A stretch of DNA of 64,000 nt from Alphaproteobacteria bacterium (GCA_964291265.2 OZ219747.1:2944001-3008000); one strand, 5' to 3'. Positions 12,853-24,677 are shown, counted from the first letter of the stretch. A program made the numbers and translations. Notes: generated by a model from the letters alone, not told the origin.

Positions 12853-14199
12853 ATGGCAACCCGTCAGGACCAGTTCGCCGGCCAGCTCAATCTCGGAGCA
12901 CTCGGCAAGGCGACGGAGCTCAGGAAACGCCTCTGGTTCACCCTGGGCGCGCTGGTGGTCTATCGTCTGGGCACCTACATCCCCATTCCCGGGGTCGATC
13001 CCTCGATCCTGGGCGACATCTTCCAGCAGCAGGCCGGCGGCATCCTGTCGATGTTCAACATGTTTGCCGGCGGCGCCCTGGAGCGCATGACGATCTTCGC
13101 GCTCAACGTCATGCCGTACATCTCTGCCGCGATCATCATGCAGTTGATGACGGCGGTCTCGCCGCGTCTCGACCAGCTCAAGAAAGAAGGCGAGACGGGG
13201 CGCAAGACGATGAACCAGTACACCCGCTACCTGACGGTGGCCCTGTGCATCGTCCAGGGCTACGGCATCGCCGTTGGTCTCGAGGCGATGGCGGGGAGCC
13301 AGGGTTCGGCGGTGATGGAACCCGGTCCCTTCTTCCGCTTCACCACGGTCGTGACCCTGCTGGGCGGTACCATGTTCCTGCTGTGGCTTGGCGAGCAGGT
13401 GACTCAGAGGGGTGTCGGCAACGGTGTCTCCCTCATCATATTCGCCGGTATCGTCGCCAGCTTCCCGGGCGCCATCGCCCAGTTGCTGGAACTGGGCCGG
13501 GTCGGCTCCCTTTCAGCGTTCACCATCATGGCGATCCTTGTCGGCGCGGCCCTGATCATCTACTGGATCGTGTGGATGGAGCGCGCTCAGAGACGCATCA
13601 TCGTGCAGTACCCCAAGCGCCAGGTCGGCAACCGCATGTTCGGTGGGGAGAGTTCCTACCTCCCCCTCAAACTCAACACCGCGGGTGTCATTCCCCCCAT
13701 CTTTGCCAGTTCCATCCTTCTGATGCCCGCGACCTTCGCCAGCTTCTCGGCGGTGGGGAGCGGTTCGAGCTGGCTGACGGAAATCACCAGGCTGCTGGGC
13801 CGCGGTGAGCCCCTCTACCTGCTGATCTTCGGCTCGGCGATCGTCTTCTTCTGCTATTTCTACACGGCAGTGGTCTTCAATCCGGCTGATACCGCGGACA
13901 ACCTGAGAAAGAACGGCGGTTTCATTCCGGGCATCAGGCCGGGCAAGAACACCACCGAGTACCTTGATTTCGTGCTCACGAGACTGACCACCGTGGGGGC
14001 GCTCTACCTGGCCCTCGTCTGCCTGCTTCCCGAGTACCTGATCGGCAGCCTTGCCATCCCTGTCTTCCTGGGCGGAACATCGCTGCTGATCTGCGTCACC
14101 GTGACCATGGACACGGTCTCCCAGATCCAGTCCCACCTGCTCGCCCACCAGTACGAGGGACTTATCCGCAAGGCCCGGCTCAAGGGAAGGCGGCGATGA
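12853..14199 (+). CDS. secY: Preprotein translocase subunit SecY
   Basis: IFALNVMPYISA, GVIPPIFA, FIPGIRPG, GGTSLLI; multiple TM segments. Confidence 0.99.
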   Translation: MATRQDQFAGQLNLGALGKATELRKRLWFTLGALVVYRLGTYIPIPGVDPSILGDIFQQQAGGILSMFNMFAGGALERMTIFALNVMPYISAAIIMQLMTAVSPRLDQLKKEGETGRKTMNQYTRYLTVALCIVQGYGIAVGLEAMAGSQGSAVMEPGPFFRFTTVVTLLGGTMFLLWLGEQVTQRGVGNGVSLIIFAGIVASFPGAIAQLLELGRVGSLSAFTIMAILVGAALIIYWIVWMERAQRRIIVQYPKRQVGNRMFGGESSYLPLKLNTAGVIPPIFASSILLMPATFASFSAVGSGSSWLTEITRLLGRGEPLYLLIFGSAIVFFCYFYTAVVFNPADTADNLRKNGGFIPGIRPGKNTTEYLDFVLTRLTTVGALYLALVCLLPEYLIGSLAIPVFLGGTSLLICVTVTMDTVSQIQSHLLAHQYEGLIRKARLKGRRR

Positions 14200-14882
14200 A
14201 GTTGCTGCTGCTCGGACCTCCGGGGGCCGGCAAGGGGACCCAGGCGCACCGCCTGATGGCACGCTACGACATCCCCCAGCTTGCCACGGGGGACATGTTG
14301 CGCAAGGAGGTAGCCGGCGGCAGCGGACTCGGCCGGTCCGCGGCTCGAATCATGGAAAGGGGTGATCTTGTCGGCGACGACCTCATCATTGCCATGATTG
14401 CGGGACGTATCGACCGGGAGGACTGCCGGAACGGCTTCATCCTGGACGGATTTCCCCGGTCTGCGGCCCAGGCCGAGGCCCTCGACGCCATGCTGTCGTC
14501 GCGTTCGAGTGCTCTCGATCGCGTCATCGAGATCAGTGTCGATGACGACATCCTCGTCAGCCGCATCACCGGACGTTTCACCTGCCGTGCCTGCGGCGCC
14601 GGGTACCACGACATCTTCAAGAAGCCGGCCAAGAGCGGCGTGTGCGATGTCTGCGGTTCCCGGGAATTCGACCGGCGCGCCGATGACAACGAGGAAACGG
14701 TGCGTTCGAGGCTGGCCGTCTACCATCGTCAGACCGCGCCCCTCCTGCCGTACTACGCCTCCCGTGGCATCCTCGTCACGGTTGACGGCATGACGGCCAT
14801 CGACGAGGTGACGGAGCAGATACTGGCGGCGCTTCCGGCGTCGTCGACGATTGACAGAGACGGCGGGCACCCCTTACAATGA
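14196..14882 (+). CDS. adk: Adenylate kinase (four-Cys lid)
   Basis: [16 protein letters not shown], lid CRAC...CDVC. Confidence 0.98.
   Translation: MKLLLLGPPGAGKGTQAHRLMARYDIPQLATGDMLRKEVAGGSGLGRSAARIMERGDLVGDDLIIAMIAGRIDREDCRNGFILDGFPRSAAQAEALDAMLSSRSSALDRVIEISVDDDILVSRITGRFTCRACGAGYHDIFKKPAKSGVCDVCGSREFDRRADDNEETVRSRLAVYHRQTAPLLPYYASRGILVTVDGMTAIDEVTEQILAALPASSTIDRDGGHPLQ
14851..14880 (+). promoter_or_regulatory. Putative sigma70 promoter of the alpha operon, within the adk 3' end
   Basis: TTGACA-N18-TACAAT ending 66 bp upstream of the rpsM start. Confidence 0.7.
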
Positions 14883-14946
14883 TGCCCTTGTCCGGCAATC
14901 GAATTCATCCATATCCCCTTCAGTTACTGGCCAGGGAGAGACGGCT

Positions 14947-15315
14947 TTGGCGCGCATTGCAGGAGTGAACATCCCGACGTCCAAGCGGGTGGAAGTGGCG
15001 CTGACGTACATTCACGGAATCGGCCGCACGAGTGCGCGCCAGATCTGCCGTGCGGCGCAGATACCCGACGCCAGGCGCGTCAATGAACTCACGGACGCGG
15101 AGGTCGTCCAGGTCCGTGAGCTGATCGACCGTGACTATACGGTTGAAGGCGACCTGCGCCGTGACGTGGCCATGAGCATCAAGCGGCTGATGGATCTCGG
15201 ATGCAACCGCGGTATCCGCCACCGCAAGGGACTGCCGGTCCGCGGTCAGAACACCCACAACAATGCGCGAACCCGCAAGGGCAAGGCGCGGCCGGTTGCC
15301 GGCAAGAAGAAGTAG
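14947..15315 (+). CDS. rpsM: 30S ribosomal protein S13
   Basis: TTG start after AGGGAG; [23 protein letters not shown]. Confidence 0.97.
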   Translation: MARIAGVNIPTSKRVEVALTYIHGIGRTSARQICRAAQIPDARRVNELTDAEVVQVRELIDRDYTVEGDLRRDVAMSIKRLMDLGCNRGIRHRKGLPVRGQNTHNNARTRKGKARPVAGKKK

Positions 15316-15325
15316 ATTCTCGACA

Positions 15326-15715
15326 ATGGCACGTGAAACGACCCGCGTCAGGCGGCGGGAGAGGAAGAACATCACATCGGGCCTCGCCCATGTGACCGCA
15401 TCCTTCAACAACACCATGATCACCATTACCGATGCCCAGGGCAATGCCATCTCCTGGTCGTCAGCGGGATCCATGGGCTTCAAGGGATCGCGCAAGTCAA
15501 CGCCCTATGCGGCGCAGATGGCTGCCGAAGACGCTGGCCGCAAGGCGCAGGAGCACGGCGTCCAGACTCTGGAAGTCCATGTCAAGGGCCCGGGTTCGGG
15601 GCGCGAATCTGCCCTGCGTGCCCTGTCGGCCATCGGCTTTCAGATCACGGCCATCCAGGACGTGACCCCAATCCCGCATAACGGGTGCCGACCGCGCAAG
15701 CGTCGCCGGGTCTGA
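15326..15715 (+). CDS. rpsK: 30S ribosomal protein S11
   Basis: [29 protein letters not shown]. Confidence 0.98.
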   Translation: MARETTRVRRRERKNITSGLAHVTASFNNTMITITDAQGNAISWSSAGSMGFKGSRKSTPYAAQMAAEDAGRKAQEHGVQTLEVHVKGPGSGRESALRALSAIGFQITAIQDVTPIPHNGCRPRKRRRV

Positions 15716-15788
15716 CCTCTTCCCTGACATCTGTGACCTTGACGGACGCCGCGGCGCGGCAACGCCACCAATGAGGCAATGGAGCACA

Positions 15789-16817
15789 ATGGACAAGAAC
15801 TGGACGGCTCTGATCAAGCCCAGGAAGCTGCAGATCATTCCCGGAATGGACGCTTCGCGCGAGGCGGACATCGTTGTCGAACCCCTTGAGAGGGGTTTCG
15901 GTACGACCCTGGGCAATGCCCTGAGACGGATTCTGCTGTCGTCGCTGCGTGGCGCTGCCGTGGTCGGCGTGCGCGTGAACGATGTCGTTCACGAGTTCTC
16001 TTCGATTCGCGGCGTGCACGAGGACCTCACCGACATCATTCTCAACATCAAGGCGCTGGCCATCAAGATGCACAGCGACCATGCGCCGGATCAGCCACGA
16101 CGCGTCTTCCTCAGCGCCAGCGAGCCTGGCGCGGTGTTGGCCGGCCGCATTGACGGTGGGGCGGATTTCGAGGTGCTGGATCCCGATCATGTCATCTGCA
16201 CCCTCGATGCCGGGACCAGCCTGGACATGGAACTCCACGTGGCAACCGGCAACGGCTACGTTCCCGCTTCGCGCCACCGCGACGAGGAGGCGCAGATCGG
16301 GCTGATCCCCATCGACGCCATCTACAGTCCGGTGCGCAAGGTTGCCTTCAAGGTGGAGAACAGTCGCGTCGGTCAGGTGACGGACTACGACAGGCTGGCC
16401 ATGTCCGTGGAAACCAACGGTGCGGTCAGTCCCGAGGACGCCGTGGCTCTGGCGGCGCGCATCCTCCAGGAACAGCTGCAGCCTTTCGTCAACTTCGAAG
16501 AGCCGCAGGAACTTGTTCATCACGACGATGTGCGGGAGCCGGAGTTCAACAGGCATCTGCTACGCAAGATCGATGAACTCGAACTCTCGGTGCGCTCGGC
16601 CAACTGTCTCAAGGGAGACAACATCGTCTACATCGGCGACCTCGTTCAGAAGTCCGAGTCGGAAATGATGCGGACCCCGAACTTCGGCCGCAAGTCACTC
16701 AACGAGATCAAGGAAGTGCTGGCGCAGATGCAGCTCGGACTCGACATGAATCTGCCGGATTGGCCGCCGGAGAACATCGAGGAGCTGGCGCGGCGCTACG
16801 AGAATCCCTTCAACTGA
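15789..16817 (+). CDS. rpoA: RNA polymerase alpha subunit
   Basis: [43 protein letters not shown]. Confidence 0.99.
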   Translation: MDKNWTALIKPRKLQIIPGMDASREADIVVEPLERGFGTTLGNALRRILLSSLRGAAVVGVRVNDVVHEFSSIRGVHEDLTDIILNIKALAIKMHSDHAPDQPRRVFLSASEPGAVLAGRIDGGADFEVLDPDHVICTLDAGTSLDMELHVATGNGYVPASRHRDEEAQIGLIPIDAIYSPVRKVAFKVENSRVGQVTDYDRLAMSVETNGAVSPEDAVALAARILQEQLQPFVNFEEPQELVHHDDVREPEFNRHLLRKIDELELSVRSANCLKGDNIVYIGDLVQKSESEMMRTPNFGRKSLNEIKEVLAQMQLGLDMNLPDWPPENIEELARRYENPFN

Positions 16818-16835
16818 CGAGGACAGGAGAGGGTC

Positions 16836-17243
16836 ATGCGACACCGGCATTCGGGGCGCAAGCTCAATCGAACGAGCGCACACCGTACCGCCATGCTGCG
16901 CAACATGGCAGCAGCGCTGATCAAGCACGAGCAGATCATCACCACCCTTGCCAAGGCGAAGGAAGTGTCTCCCTATGTCGAGAAGCTCGTGACACTGGGC
17001 AAGCGCGGTACGCTTCACTCCCGGCGCCTTGCCCATGCGAGGCTGCGTGACGACGCGATGCTGGTGAAGCTGTTCGAGACCCTGGCACCGCGTTACGAGG
17101 ATCGCGCTGGCGGCTACACCAGGGTGCTCAAGGCGGGCTTTCGTTACGGCGACAGCGCGCCCATGGCGGTCGTCGAGCTCGTCGACCGTGACGAGGACGC
17201 CAAGGGCCAGGACTCGGGCTCGCTGCCGCAGAGTGAAGACTGA
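16836..17243 (+). CDS. rplQ: 50S ribosomal protein L17
   Basis: [22 protein letters not shown]. Confidence 0.98.
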   Translation: MRHRHSGRKLNRTSAHRTAMLRNMAAALIKHEQIITTLAKAKEVSPYVEKLVTLGKRGTLHSRRLAHARLRDDAMLVKLFETLAPRYEDRAGGYTRVLKAGFRYGDSAPMAVVELVDRDEDAKGQDSGSLPQSED

Positions 17244-17291
17244 AGGCTGAACCGGCCCATTCGGGGCGCCGCGGCCCCTGCCACCACGGGC

Positions 17292-17606
17292 TCAGGCGTG
17301 GAACAACGTGTCGCTCCGTCCCGCCCGGTCGTCGATCTCGATGACCCAGAGATCGGGATCGTAGGTCTCCTGGCGGGCCAGATGGCGGTCCGCCTCCGCC
17401 TCGTCGAGGACCCTGTGCACGGTGGACGTGTGATCTTCCCGCGACACCTGCAGGATGTTGACCTCATCGGCGCCTTTCACCAGTTTCAGCCATATCTCCC
17501 CGGCTTGCGCATCGCCGCGCCGCAGCACGTAGACGGGCACGGCGGCAAGATCGCAGCGGCGCAGGAAGGCCTGGACCCACACGGTCGAGGCGAGCCGGAT
17601 GGACAT
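17292..17606 (-). CDS. DUF1491-family protein
   Basis: RLASTVWVQAFLRR, RGDAQAG, YDPDLWVIEIDD are typical of this alphaproteobacterial family. Confidence 0.8.
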   Translation of the reverse strand: MSIRLASTVWVQAFLRRCDLAAVPVYVLRRGDAQAGEIWLKLVKGADEVNILQVSREDHTSTVHRVLDEAEADRHLARQETYDPDLWVIEIDDRAGRSDTLFHA

Positions 17607-17752
17607 CTTTCAAGCTTCCTTCATCGTGGCATCGGTTGTCGAAGGCATGGCGCCATGATGACCGATCCCTTCGCCAGGCGCCACCGGCAGTTGCCGCCTC
17701 GACCACGGGCGGTGCACCATGGCATCCCTCCAGCTGGGGAAGGAACGGGTGC

Positions 17753-19048
17753 TTGAAGGGTCTCTTTGAAGACGGTGTACCGCGGCCGCTGGCCGATCGC
17801 ATGCGTCCGGCGGTGCTGGAGGATGTCGTGGGGCAGGACCATCTGCTGAAGCAGGATGGTCCGCTGGGGCGCATGGTGGCCCAGGGACGCCTTGCCTCGA
17901 TGATCCTCTGGGGGCCGCCAGGAACCGGCAAGACCACCATTGCCCGGCTCATCGCCGAACGGGTCGATCTCGCCTTCGATCCCGTGTCGGCCGTGTTCTC
18001 CGGAGTGGCGGACCTGAGGAAGGTCTTCGAACGGGCCCGCTCGCGGCGCGCCACGGGCCTTGGCACACTGCTCTTTGTCGATGAGATCCATCGCTTCAAC
18101 AAGGCTCAGCAGGATGCCATGCTGCCCTTCGTCGAGGACGGCACTGTCGTTCTTGTGGGCGCCACCACCGAAAACCCCTCCTTCGAAGTCAACCAGGCCC
18201 TGGTGTCGCGGTGCCAGGTGCTGGTCCTGGAGCGGCTGGCCCTGGACGCGCTGGGTCAACTTCTGTGCCGGGCCGAGAAACTCCGGCAACGGACCCTGCC
18301 GCTGGACGACGATGCCCGCCTGGCCCTTGCGGCCATGGCCGATGGTGACGGCCGCTTCCTGCTCAACATCGCCGAAGAACTGCTCTCTCTCGATGTGCCG
18401 TCGCCGCTGGACCGGCAGGGCCTGGCGGATGTGGTGCAGCGCCGGGTGCCAGTCTACGACAAGGCCGAGGAGGGTCACTACAACCTTGTCAGCGCCCTTC
18501 ACAAGTCGGTCCGGGGATCGGATCCGGATGCCTCGCTCTACTGGCTCGCACGCATCCTCCAGGCGGGCGAGGATCCGCTCTTCGTTATCCGCCGTGTCAT
18601 CCGCATGGCGGTCGAGGACATCGGTCTTGCTGACCCCGCGGCACTCACCCAGGCGGTGGCCGCCCGGGATGCCTTTGCCTTCCTCGGATCGCCGGAAGGG
18701 GAACTGGCCATTGCCCAGGCGGTCCTCTACTGCGCCACCGCTCCGAAGTCCAACGCCGCCTACCGCGCCTTTTCCGCCGCCACGAAGAGTGCCAGGGTCG
18801 AAGGAAGCCCGATGCCGCCCAAGATCATCCTCAATGCTCCGACGCGGCTCATGAAGGATCTCGGTTACGGCGAGGGATACCGTTACGACCACGATGCTCC
18901 GGCGGCCTTTTCCGGACAGGACTATTTCCCGGAAGGCATGGGGAGGCAGCAGTTCTACAGGCCGGTGGAACGGGGATTCGAGCGCGAAATCGCCAAGCGC
19001 CTGGCCTATTGGGAACGGCTGCGCCAGCAGGCCGGAGAGGACAGGTGA
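17753..19048 (+). CDS. rarA: Replication-associated recombination protein A (MgsA/RarA AAA+ ATPase)
   Basis: PLADRMRP, WGPPGTGKTT, DEIHRFNKAQQD, ATTENPSF; start uncertain (TTG 17753). Confidence 0.95.
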   Translation: MKGLFEDGVPRPLADRMRPAVLEDVVGQDHLLKQDGPLGRMVAQGRLASMILWGPPGTGKTTIARLIAERVDLAFDPVSAVFSGVADLRKVFERARSRRATGLGTLLFVDEIHRFNKAQQDAMLPFVEDGTVVLVGATTENPSFEVNQALVSRCQVLVLERLALDALGQLLCRAEKLRQRTLPLDDDARLALAAMADGDGRFLLNIAEELLSLDVPSPLDRQGLADVVQRRVPVYDKAEEGHYNLVSALHKSVRGSDPDASLYWLARILQAGEDPLFVIRRVIRMAVEDIGLADPAALTQAVAARDAFAFLGSPEGELAIAQAVLYCATAPKSNAAYRAFSAATKSARVEGSPMPPKIILNAPTRLMKDLGYGEGYRYDHDAPAAFSGQDYFPEGMGRQQFYRPVERGFEREIAKRLAYWERLRQQAGEDR

Positions 19049-19428
19049 TCAAGGCCTGTCTCTTCGTTGCTGCCGGCGGCGCGCTGGGCGCGGTGGGCCG
19101 CTTTCTCGTGACGACCGGTGCAACGGCGTTTCTGGGAAGCGGCTTCCCCTGGGGTACTCTCGTCGTCAATGTCGCGGGCTCCTTCCTTCTCGGGATCCTG
19201 GTCGGATTGCTGTCAGCCGCCTGGACGCCGCCCGGAGACATGAGACTCTTTCTCGCCACCGGCTTTCTCGGGGCTTTCACAACGTTCTCGGCCTTTTCTC
19301 TCGATGTGGTGAGCGCGTTCGAGCGCGGGCACAACTCCCTTGCGACCCTCTACGTCGTTGCCTCGGTGGTGGTCTCGGTCCTGGCGCTGCTGGCAGGGCT
19401 TCGCCTCATGCGCGTCGTTCTCGCATGA
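19045..19428 (+). CDS. crcB: Fluoride efflux channel Fluc/CrcB
   Basis: GGALGAVGRF, FPWGTLVVN, GFLGAFTTFSAF. Confidence 0.95.
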   Translation: MIKACLFVAAGGALGAVGRFLVTTGATAFLGSGFPWGTLVVNVAGSFLLGILVGLLSAAWTPPGDMRLFLATGFLGAFTTFSAFSLDVVSAFERGHNSLATLYVVASVVVSVLALLAGLRLMRVVLA

Positions 19429-20384
19429 GAGCGGTCACCCACGTCACCGTCGCCGCCGCCGATGTCGGCATGCGTCTTGATCGCTGGTTCCGCCAGCGCT
19501 TTCCCCATGTGACCCACGGACATCTCTCGAAACTCCTGCGTACGGGCCAGATTCGCCTCGATGGCGGGAGGTGCGGCACGGGAACGAGGCTGCAGGCCGG
19601 CCAGACGGTTCGGCTGCCTCCTCTTCCTGCGGCGCCTGCGGCAGCGGAACCGGTCGGCCCGTCGTCCGATTGCCGTGACCTCGAGGACATTGCCGCGCGG
19701 GTCATGCACATGGACGACTGGATCATGGCCATCGACAAGCCGGCAGGTCTTGCCGTGCAGGGCGGTAGCGGACTGTCCCGCCATCTCGACGCCCTGCTGG
19801 ACGGGTTGCGCTTTGGTGCGGAGGAGAGGCCGCGCCTGGTTCATCGCCTCGACAGGCAGACCAGCGGCATCCTGCTTCTGGCTCGCCATGCTCCGGCGGC
19901 GCGCGCCCTGCAAGCCTGCTTCAGGGACGGCAAGGTCGAAAAGACGTACTGGGCACTCGTCGCCGGAGTTCCGGACCTGCCGCGGGACGGTCGCCTTGTC
20001 ATGCGGCTTGTCAAGCGGGGCAGGCCGGGGCGCGAGCGTGTCGAGGTCGCCGAAGAAGGTGGGCGGCGCGCCGTGACGTTCGCGCGCATCGTTGCAAGCG
20101 CTGGCCGTGTCGCCGCATGGCTTGAGTTGCGGCCGCTGACCGGGCGCACCCACCAGCTCAGGGTGCACTGCGCCGCCATCGGCCATCCGATCATCGGGGA
20201 TGGCAAGTACGGCAGCCGCAGGCGAGGACGGATCACGCCCGCCCGACGCCTTCACCTCCACGCGCAGTCGCTTCACCTGCCGCACCCCGAGGGCGGCACG
20301 CTGAACCTCGTCTGCGCCCTGCCGCGGGATTTGCGGGAGAGCTGGGAGATGTTGGGACTCGACGTGGACGGGGACGGACCGTGA
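19425..20384 (+). CDS. RluA-family pseudouridine synthase (RluC-like)
   Basis: S4-like N-terminus, KPAGLAVQGG, HRLDRQTSG, GRTHQLRVH. Confidence 0.93.
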   Translation: MRAVTHVTVAAADVGMRLDRWFRQRFPHVTHGHLSKLLRTGQIRLDGGRCGTGTRLQAGQTVRLPPLPAAPAAAEPVGPSSDCRDLEDIAARVMHMDDWIMAIDKPAGLAVQGGSGLSRHLDALLDGLRFGAEERPRLVHRLDRQTSGILLLARHAPAARALQACFRDGKVEKTYWALVAGVPDLPRDGRLVMRLVKRGRPGRERVEVAEEGGRRAVTFARIVASAGRVAAWLELRPLTGRTHQLRVHCAAIGHPIIGDGKYGSRRRGRITPARRLHLHAQSLHLPHPEGGTLNLVCALPRDLRESWEMLGLDVDGDGP

Positions 20385-21082
20385 AACGCCGATACGCGGC
20401 CTCCGGTGTCGTCGGGAGTGAAGGAGACTACCGTGTCGAGCTCGACGGTCGGCCGGTGACGACACCGGCACGGCAGCTCCTTCGCGTTCCATCGAAGCCC
20501 CTTGGCGACGCCATTGCCGGAGAGTGGGCAGGCCAGGGACAGTGCATCGACCCCGCCGCCATGCCACTGATGCGCCTCGCCGCCACGGCCATTGACCGGG
20601 TTGCGCCCGATCCCGCACGCGTCATGGCCGGTCTCGTGGCCTGGGGGATGAGCGATCTCGTGTGTTATCGCGCTGATCATCCGGTGGAGCTGATCAGGCG
20701 CCAGGCGGTGTGCTGGCAGCCCCTTGTCGACTGGATCGCGGCAGAGCACGGTGCGGCACTGGCCGTCACCACCGGGGTCATGCCGCTTGAACAGTCCCCG
20801 GAAGCGATCAACGCCCTTCGCTCAGTCGTCGAGGGCCTTGACAGTTTCCACCTCGTTGCGGTCCACAGCATCGCCAGCGCCACCGGTTCACTGGTCATTG
20901 CCCTGGCACTCCTTGCCGGACGCCTGGGTGCCGGGGAGGCCTTTCGGGCCGGCGCCCTCGACGATCTGTGGTCCCTCGAGGTGTGGGGCGATGACGCCGC
21001 AGCACGGCGCGGGCTGAATGCCAGGCAGACGGCCATTCACGAAGCTGACAGCCTTCTTCGTCTGCTTCGTCACAAGGCATGA
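20381..21082 (+). CDS. ATP12-family ATPase assembly chaperone
   Basis: LDGRPVTTP, AIAGEW, MPLMRLAATAID, DLVCYRA, WG.D. Confidence 0.9.
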   Translation: MKRRYAASGVVGSEGDYRVELDGRPVTTPARQLLRVPSKPLGDAIAGEWAGQGQCIDPAAMPLMRLAATAIDRVAPDPARVMAGLVAWGMSDLVCYRADHPVELIRRQAVCWQPLVDWIAAEHGAALAVTTGVMPLEQSPEAINALRSVVEGLDSFHLVAVHSIASATGSLVIALALLAGRLGAGEAFRAGALDDLWSLEVWGDDAAARRGLNARQTAIHEADSLLRLLRHKA

Positions 21083-21125
21083 ACCTTGGTATGCTGGTCA
21101 GTGACCTCAATCAGGCGGATGATGG

Positions 21126-22661
21126 ATGATGCAGGATGTGATCGGTGAACTGACGGAGCGTCGCGCCCGCGCCCGGGAAGGGGGGGGGGAAGGACGCATT
21201 GCCCGCCAGCACGCCAAGGGGAAACTGAGCGCGCGCGAACGCATCGAACTGCTCCTGGACGAAGGCTCCTTCGAGGAATGGGACATGTTTGTCGAACATC
21301 GCTCGGCGGAGTTCGGCATGGCCGACCACAAGGTGCCGGGTGACGGGGTCGTGACCGGTTGGGGAACCATCAACGGTCGCCTGGCTTTCGTCTTCAGCCA
21401 GGACTTCACCGTGTTCGGAGGCTCGCTCTCGGAATCCCACGCCACCAAGATCTGCAAGATCATGGACCGCGCCATCCAGGTGGGGGCGCCGGTGATCGGA
21501 CTCAACGACAGTGGCGGTGCGCGTATCCAGGAGGGCGTGGATTCCCTTGCCGGCTATGCCGAGGTGTTCCAGCGCAATGTCCTTGCCTCAGGGGTCGTGC
21601 CACAGGTGTCGCTGATCATGGGACCCTGCGCCGGCGGGGCAGTCTATTCCCCGGCGATGACCGACTTCATCTTCATGGTGAAGGATACCTCCTACATGTT
21701 CGTGACCGGTCCCGATGTGGTGAAAACGGTGACCCACGAGATTGTCAGTCATGAGGATCTTGGCGGCGCCGTGACCCACACCACGCGGTCCGGCGTGGCG
21801 GACCTCGCGTGGGACAACGATGTCGAGGCCCTGGCGCAGGCACGGCGCCTGGTGAATTTCCTGCCGGCCTCGAATCGCCAGCCCCCCCCGGTTCTCGAGA
21901 CCTCCGATCCCTTCGACCGGGTCGAACCTTCCCTGGACACCCTGGTGCCCTCCAATCCGCACAAGCCCTACGACATCAAGGAACTCATCGCGAGGGTGGT
22001 GGACGAGCAGGACTTCTTCGAGATCCAGCCGGCCCACGCGGCCAACATCGTTGTCGGGTTCGCCCGCATGGAAGGCTCGACGGTGGGCCTTGTCGCCAAT
22101 CAGCCCATGGTGCTGGCCGGTTGCCTCGATATCGAGGCAGCGCGCAAGGCGGCGCGATTCGTTCGCTTCTGTGACTGCTTCAACATTCCGATCATCACCT
22201 TCGTCGACGTTCCGGGATTCCTGCCTGGAACCGATCAGGAACACGGCGGGATCATCAAGCACGGCTCCAAACTCCTCTATGCCTTTGCCGAGGCAACGGT
22301 GCCGAAACTCACCTGCATCACGCGCAAGGCCTATGGCGGCGCCTATGTCGTCATGGCCTCGAAGCACCTGCGTGGCGACATCAACTACGCATGGCCGACG
22401 GCGGAGGTGGCGGTCATGGGGTCAAAGGGGGCGGTCGAGATCATATTCCGTTCCGATCTCGACGATCCGGAGCGCATGGAGGCTCGCACGGCAGAATACC
22501 AGGAGCGCTTTGCCAGTCCCTTCGTCGCCGCGTCGAGGGGATTCGTCGACGACGTCATCATGCCGCGCAATACGCGCCGGCGACTGTGCAACGGGCTTCG
22601 CATGCTGCGCGGCAAGGAGCTGCGCAACCCGTGGAAGAAGCACGACAACATTCCTCTGTAA
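21126..22661 (+). CDS. pccB: Propionyl-CoA carboxylase beta chain (carboxyltransferase)
   Basis: [48 protein letters not shown]. Confidence 0.95.
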   Translation: MMQDVIGELTERRARAREGGGEGRIARQHAKGKLSARERIELLLDEGSFEEWDMFVEHRSAEFGMADHKVPGDGVVTGWGTINGRLAFVFSQDFTVFGGSLSESHATKICKIMDRAIQVGAPVIGLNDSGGARIQEGVDSLAGYAEVFQRNVLASGVVPQVSLIMGPCAGGAVYSPAMTDFIFMVKDTSYMFVTGPDVVKTVTHEIVSHEDLGGAVTHTTRSGVADLAWDNDVEALAQARRLVNFLPASNRQPPPVLETSDPFDRVEPSLDTLVPSNPHKPYDIKELIARVVDEQDFFEIQPAHAANIVVGFARMEGSTVGLVANQPMVLAGCLDIEAARKAARFVRFCDCFNIPIITFVDVPGFLPGTDQEHGGIIKHGSKLLYAFAEATVPKLTCITRKAYGGAYVVMASKHLRGDINYAWPTAEVAVMGSKGAVEIIFRSDLDDPERMEARTAEYQERFASPFVAASRGFVDDVIMPRNTRRRLCNGLRMLRGKELRNPWKKHDNIPL

Positions 22662-22673
22662 TCGACGTGGTGC

Positions 22674-24677
22674 GTGGATGTGTTCAAGCGAATTCTCATA
22701 GCCAACCGGGGGGAGATCGCCTGCCGGATCATCACGACGTGCCGGGCGCTGGATATCGCCGCGGTCGCGGTTCATTCCGAGGCCGACGAGGATGCGCTCC
22801 ATGTGCGGATGGCCGATGAGTCCTTTCCAATCGGGCCACCGCCGCCTGGCGAGAGCTACCTTGTCATCGACAGGATCGTCGATGCCCTTGTGAGATCCGG
22901 CGCCGAAGCCGTCCATCCGGGTTTCGGTTTTCTGGCCGAGAACGCCCGTTTCGTCGAGGCGGTCGAGGCCGCGGGTGCCGTCTTCATCGGCCCGCCTGCC
23001 CGCGCCGTTGCCGCCATGGGCGACAAGATCGAATCCAGGAGGATCGCCGAAACCGCCGGGGTCAGCGTGGTTCCCGGCAGCGCTTCCGAGACGCGTGATG
23101 CCGACGAGGCCATCGCGGCTGCCCGCGACATCGGATATCCGATCATGATCAAGCCGGCAGCCGGTGGCGGCGGCAAGGGAATGCGGGTGGTTGGCGATGA
23201 CGATGAACTGATCGAGGGTTTCCGGTCCTCGCAATCGGAAGCCGCCACTGCGTTCGGCGACTCCCGGGTTTTTCTCGAGAAGTTCATCACACGCCCGCGC
23301 CATGTCGAAATCCAGCTTCTGGCCGACGACCACGGCTCCGTGGTGGCCCTCAACGAGCGGGAGTGCTCGATCCAGAGGCGTCATCAGAAGGTGATCGAGG
23401 AAGCGCCGAGCCCGCTCATCGACGAGGAGACGCGCCGGGCGATGGCCGGGGAGGCGTGCGCCCTGGCGCGCGCCGTCAACTACCGCTCTGCGGGCACGGT
23501 CGAGTTCGTCGTCGACCCTGACAGGAACTTCTACTTCATGGAGATGAACACCCGTCTCCAGGTCGAGCATCCGGTGACGGAATTCATCACCGGCGTCGAT
23601 ATCGTCGAACAGATGATCCGCATCGCTGCCGGCGAGCCCCTCGCCTTCACCGCCGACGATGTCGGCATCGACGGCTGGTCCATCGAGGCGCGAATCTATG
23701 CCGAGGATTCACGCCGCGGCTTTCTCCCCTCGATCGGCCGCCTGCACACCTACCGGCCTCCGCACACCACCCGGTCGTTGAGGATCGACAGTGGCGTGGA
23801 GGAGGGGTCCGAGGTGACGATGTTCTACGACCCCATGATCGCCAAGCTGGTGGTGCATGGCGAGGACCGGCGGGCCGCCATGGCCGCGATGCGTCACGCA
23901 CTCGATTCCTTCGAGATCAGGGGTGTGCAGCACAACATCGACTTCCTGGCAGCGATCATGCGTGATCCCGAGTTTGCCGCAGGGAACACGACGACCGCCT
24001 TCATCGATGACACCTGGCCTGACGGCTTTTCCGGCGCGCCCGTGACGGAGCGCGAGAGGACGGTGCTGACCGGTGTGGGCCTTCTCGCCCACCTCAGGGT
24101 CCTCGAACGCGACCGCCGGATCACGGGCACGGTGCGCGAACCGGAGCCGATGCCCCGTGACTGGGTCGTGCAGTTTTTCGGCGAGCAGTTCGCGGTGTCG
24201 GCCCGATTGACCGGGGACGGCATCGTCTGGAAGGACGGCGAGCGCGACATCACGGTGACAAGCTCCTGGAGCCCGGGTCAGACGCTGTTTCAGGGTGAGG
24301 TGGATGGCCGCCCGGCCGTTGTCCAGGTACAACGCAAGGGGGCCTCATGGGACCTTTCCCACGCCGGAGTCAGCGAGCGGATGACGGTGCTGTCGGGCGG
24401 AGCGGCGATGCTGTTGTCGCGGATGCCGGCGAGACCCGCAGCCGATTTCTCCCGCCTTGTCACCTCGCCGATGCCCGGGCGCATCGTCGATCTGGCGGTC
24501 GGCGACGGCGACGATATCGAGACGGGTCAGGTGCTCGTCGTCATCGACGCCATGAAGATGGAGAACGTGCTGAGGGCGGAGCGTTCCGGTACGATCGCGA
24601 AGGTGCATGTCGCTGTCGGCGACTCGGTCTCCGTTGATTCCATACTCCTCGAGTACGCCGCTCGTTCCTCCCCATGA
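22674..24677 (+). CDS. pccA: Propionyl-CoA carboxylase alpha chain (biotin carboxylase plus biotin carrier)
   Basis: ILIANRGEIA, GGGGKGMR, EMNTRLQVEHPVTE, biotinyl DAMKM. Confidence 0.93.
   Translation: MDVFKRILIANRGEIACRIITTCRALDIAAVAVHSEADEDALHVRMADESFPIGPPPPGESYLVIDRIVDALVRSGAEAVHPGFGFLAENARFVEAVEAAGAVFIGPPARAVAAMGDKIESRRIAETAGVSVVPGSASETRDADEAIAAARDIGYPIMIKPAAGGGGKGMRVVGDDDELIEGFRSSQSEAATAFGDSRVFLEKFITRPRHVEIQLLADDHGSVVALNERECSIQRRHQKVIEEAPSPLIDEETRRAMAGEACALARAVNYRSAGTVEFVVDPDRNFYFMEMNTRLQVEHPVTEFITGVDIVEQMIRIAAGEPLAFTADDVGIDGWSIEARIYAEDSRRGFLPSIGRLHTYRPPHTTRSLRIDSGVEEGSEVTMFYDPMIAKLVVHGEDRRAAMAAMRHALDSFEIRGVQHNIDFLAAIMRDPEFAAGNTTTAFIDDTWPDGFSGAPVTERERTVLTGVGLLAHLRVLERDRRITGTVREPEPMPRDWVVQFFGEQFAVSARLTGDGIVWKDGERDITVTSSWSPGQTLFQGEVDGRPAVVQVQRKGASWDLSHAGVSERMTVLSGGAAMLLSRMPARPAADFSRLVTSPMPGRIVDLAVGDGDDIETGQVLVVIDAMKMENVLRAERSGTIAKVHVAVGDSVSVDSILLEYAARSSP

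Noticed and set aside
14196-16817. Absence of infA, rpmJ and rpsD from the spc/alpha region
   Set aside because: Normal gene order for Alphaproteobacteria
21180-21189. G10 homopolymer early in pccB as a phase-variation switch
   Set aside because: The frame is intact, it encodes the conserved GGG motif of a core metabolic enzyme, and there is no evidence of variation without reads
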